DNA of 63,725 nucleotides from a virus: UHGV virus genome UHGV-0036031; one strand, 5' to 3'. Shown piece by piece: positions 63,216 to 63,725 of this stretch (position 1 is its first letter; each line of letters starts with the position of its first letter). The notes under the pieces were generated by a model. It saw only the letters and a program-made list of their open reading frames with translations, ran no database searches and was not told where the DNA came from. The position numbers and the translations under genes were made by a program.

Positions 63216-63725
63216 ATGTTTTCAACACGTTATCAACAACAGGCCCCCGTCCGGGCCTTGACCCCACCTCAAACCAGCGCCAGTAGCGGGCTGCGGCGTG
63301 TTATTTTGAGTGGTTCCAAATATCACCGTGAGCCCTTCAGGACATACCAACCCCCTTGCCCCATGTATTAGGATGGGGCCCATCTACGGAGTTGCCCCTA
63401 CTCCTGTTAGTTTGTGCCGTGGACCGGTAGTGACTGCCCTACTGCTCATGCAGCCTTCCTATCACCGGGCATTGTTGACGCTTTCGCGCATGGGGACCGG
63501 GCCTTGGGTTGTCGAAGGTTGCCGGATTTGGGTGATGCCCGCCGGGTGGCCGGTCCTTTTATCTCACAGAGGCCATGTGTATGGCAGCCTCCGCACGGTG
63601 GACCGCAGAACCGCTATGTGTATAAAGAACGAGGCCGATCACGGGTGCATCCGGACCGGCCTCGTTGCTACATCCACCCAAAAGGGCAGGATGGGCGGAG
63701 TCTCTTTTGCCTGATGCACCAGGAC

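Noticed and set aside
63216-63725. ORF 63310..63714 (+, 134 aa), a possible tRNA or att site in the 500-nt terminal non-coding region, and a 'TTATATTTG' box upstream of the first early gene
   Set aside because: The ORF has no recognisable features and lies where the early promoters should be. No cloverleaf or T-loop (GTTCRA) motif was found. A 10-bp inverted repeat (AACGAGGCCG/CGGCCTCGTT, ~63636-63675) is noted only as a possible hairpin. The TAnnTTTG match lacks a correctly spaced -33 TTTG, and the late genes use Shine-Dalgarno sites, which argues against a Bacteroidetes-type promoter.
1-63725. Prophage / integrative element, diversity-generating retroelement, retron
   Set aside because: No integrase or recombinase, no reverse-transcriptase motifs (YxDD in RT context), and no template/variable repeat pair were found. 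The fibre C-termini are Big_2 or collagen-like rather than C-type-lectin variable regions.

Overview
This 63.7-kb high-GC window reads as a near-complete genome of a tailed dsDNA phage (or a phage-like contig). It has two arms that converge at ~47.1-47.45 kb. No integrase, tRNA, CRISPR array or reverse transcriptase was found. No tail tube, sheath or tape-measure gene was recognised, so the virion is probably podovirus-like; this is inference.

Plus-strand arm, ~0.3-47.1 kb (packaging, structural and lysis genes):
- a small N-methyltransferase flanked by CA-rich non-coding DNA
- a run of G-rich small genes
- a terminase large subunit with Walker A/B and nuclease motifs
- a putative portal, scaffold and major capsid protein
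- four head-completion-sized genes
- a 1499-aa virion protein, a 259-aa and a 624-aa protein
- a 3507-aa giant protein with two HExxH zincin motifs and a ParB-like motif, read as a polyvalent injected protein
- a fibre module: two collagen-like fibres with conserved N-terminal Cys motifs, a 705-aa protein built of ~20 copies of a Cys-containing ~20-aa repeat, two ConA/LamG-like proteins, a DUF1508-like protein with a histone-H1-like tail, a clan GH-A glycoside hydrolase, and a fibre ending in a Big_2 domain
- a lysis cassette: a spanin/holin-like membrane protein, an unlisted 50-aa single-TM ORF, an Amidase_2 endolysin with a SAR-like N-terminus, and four further membrane proteins
- a rho-independent terminator at 47239-47272

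Minus-strand arm, ~47.4-63.2 kb (early, replication and recombination genes):
- DnaB helicase, a DUF1376-like replication protein, RecT plus a YqaJ exonuclease, VRR-NUC, a C5-cytosine methyltransferase, an HNH endonuclease
- many 70-140-aa ORFs of unknown function

The most unusual non-coding feature is a family of at least 10 copies (6 full, 4 partial) of an ~85-100-nt composite-hairpin repeat. Each copy overlaps the stop codon of one small early gene and precedes a conserved leader box of the next. One copy carries compensatory substitutions that preserve the stem. One cassette in the array is compositionally foreign (~40% GC). This cassette-boundary system, the giant polyvalent-type protein and the Cys-motif fibre module are the items most worth follow-up.
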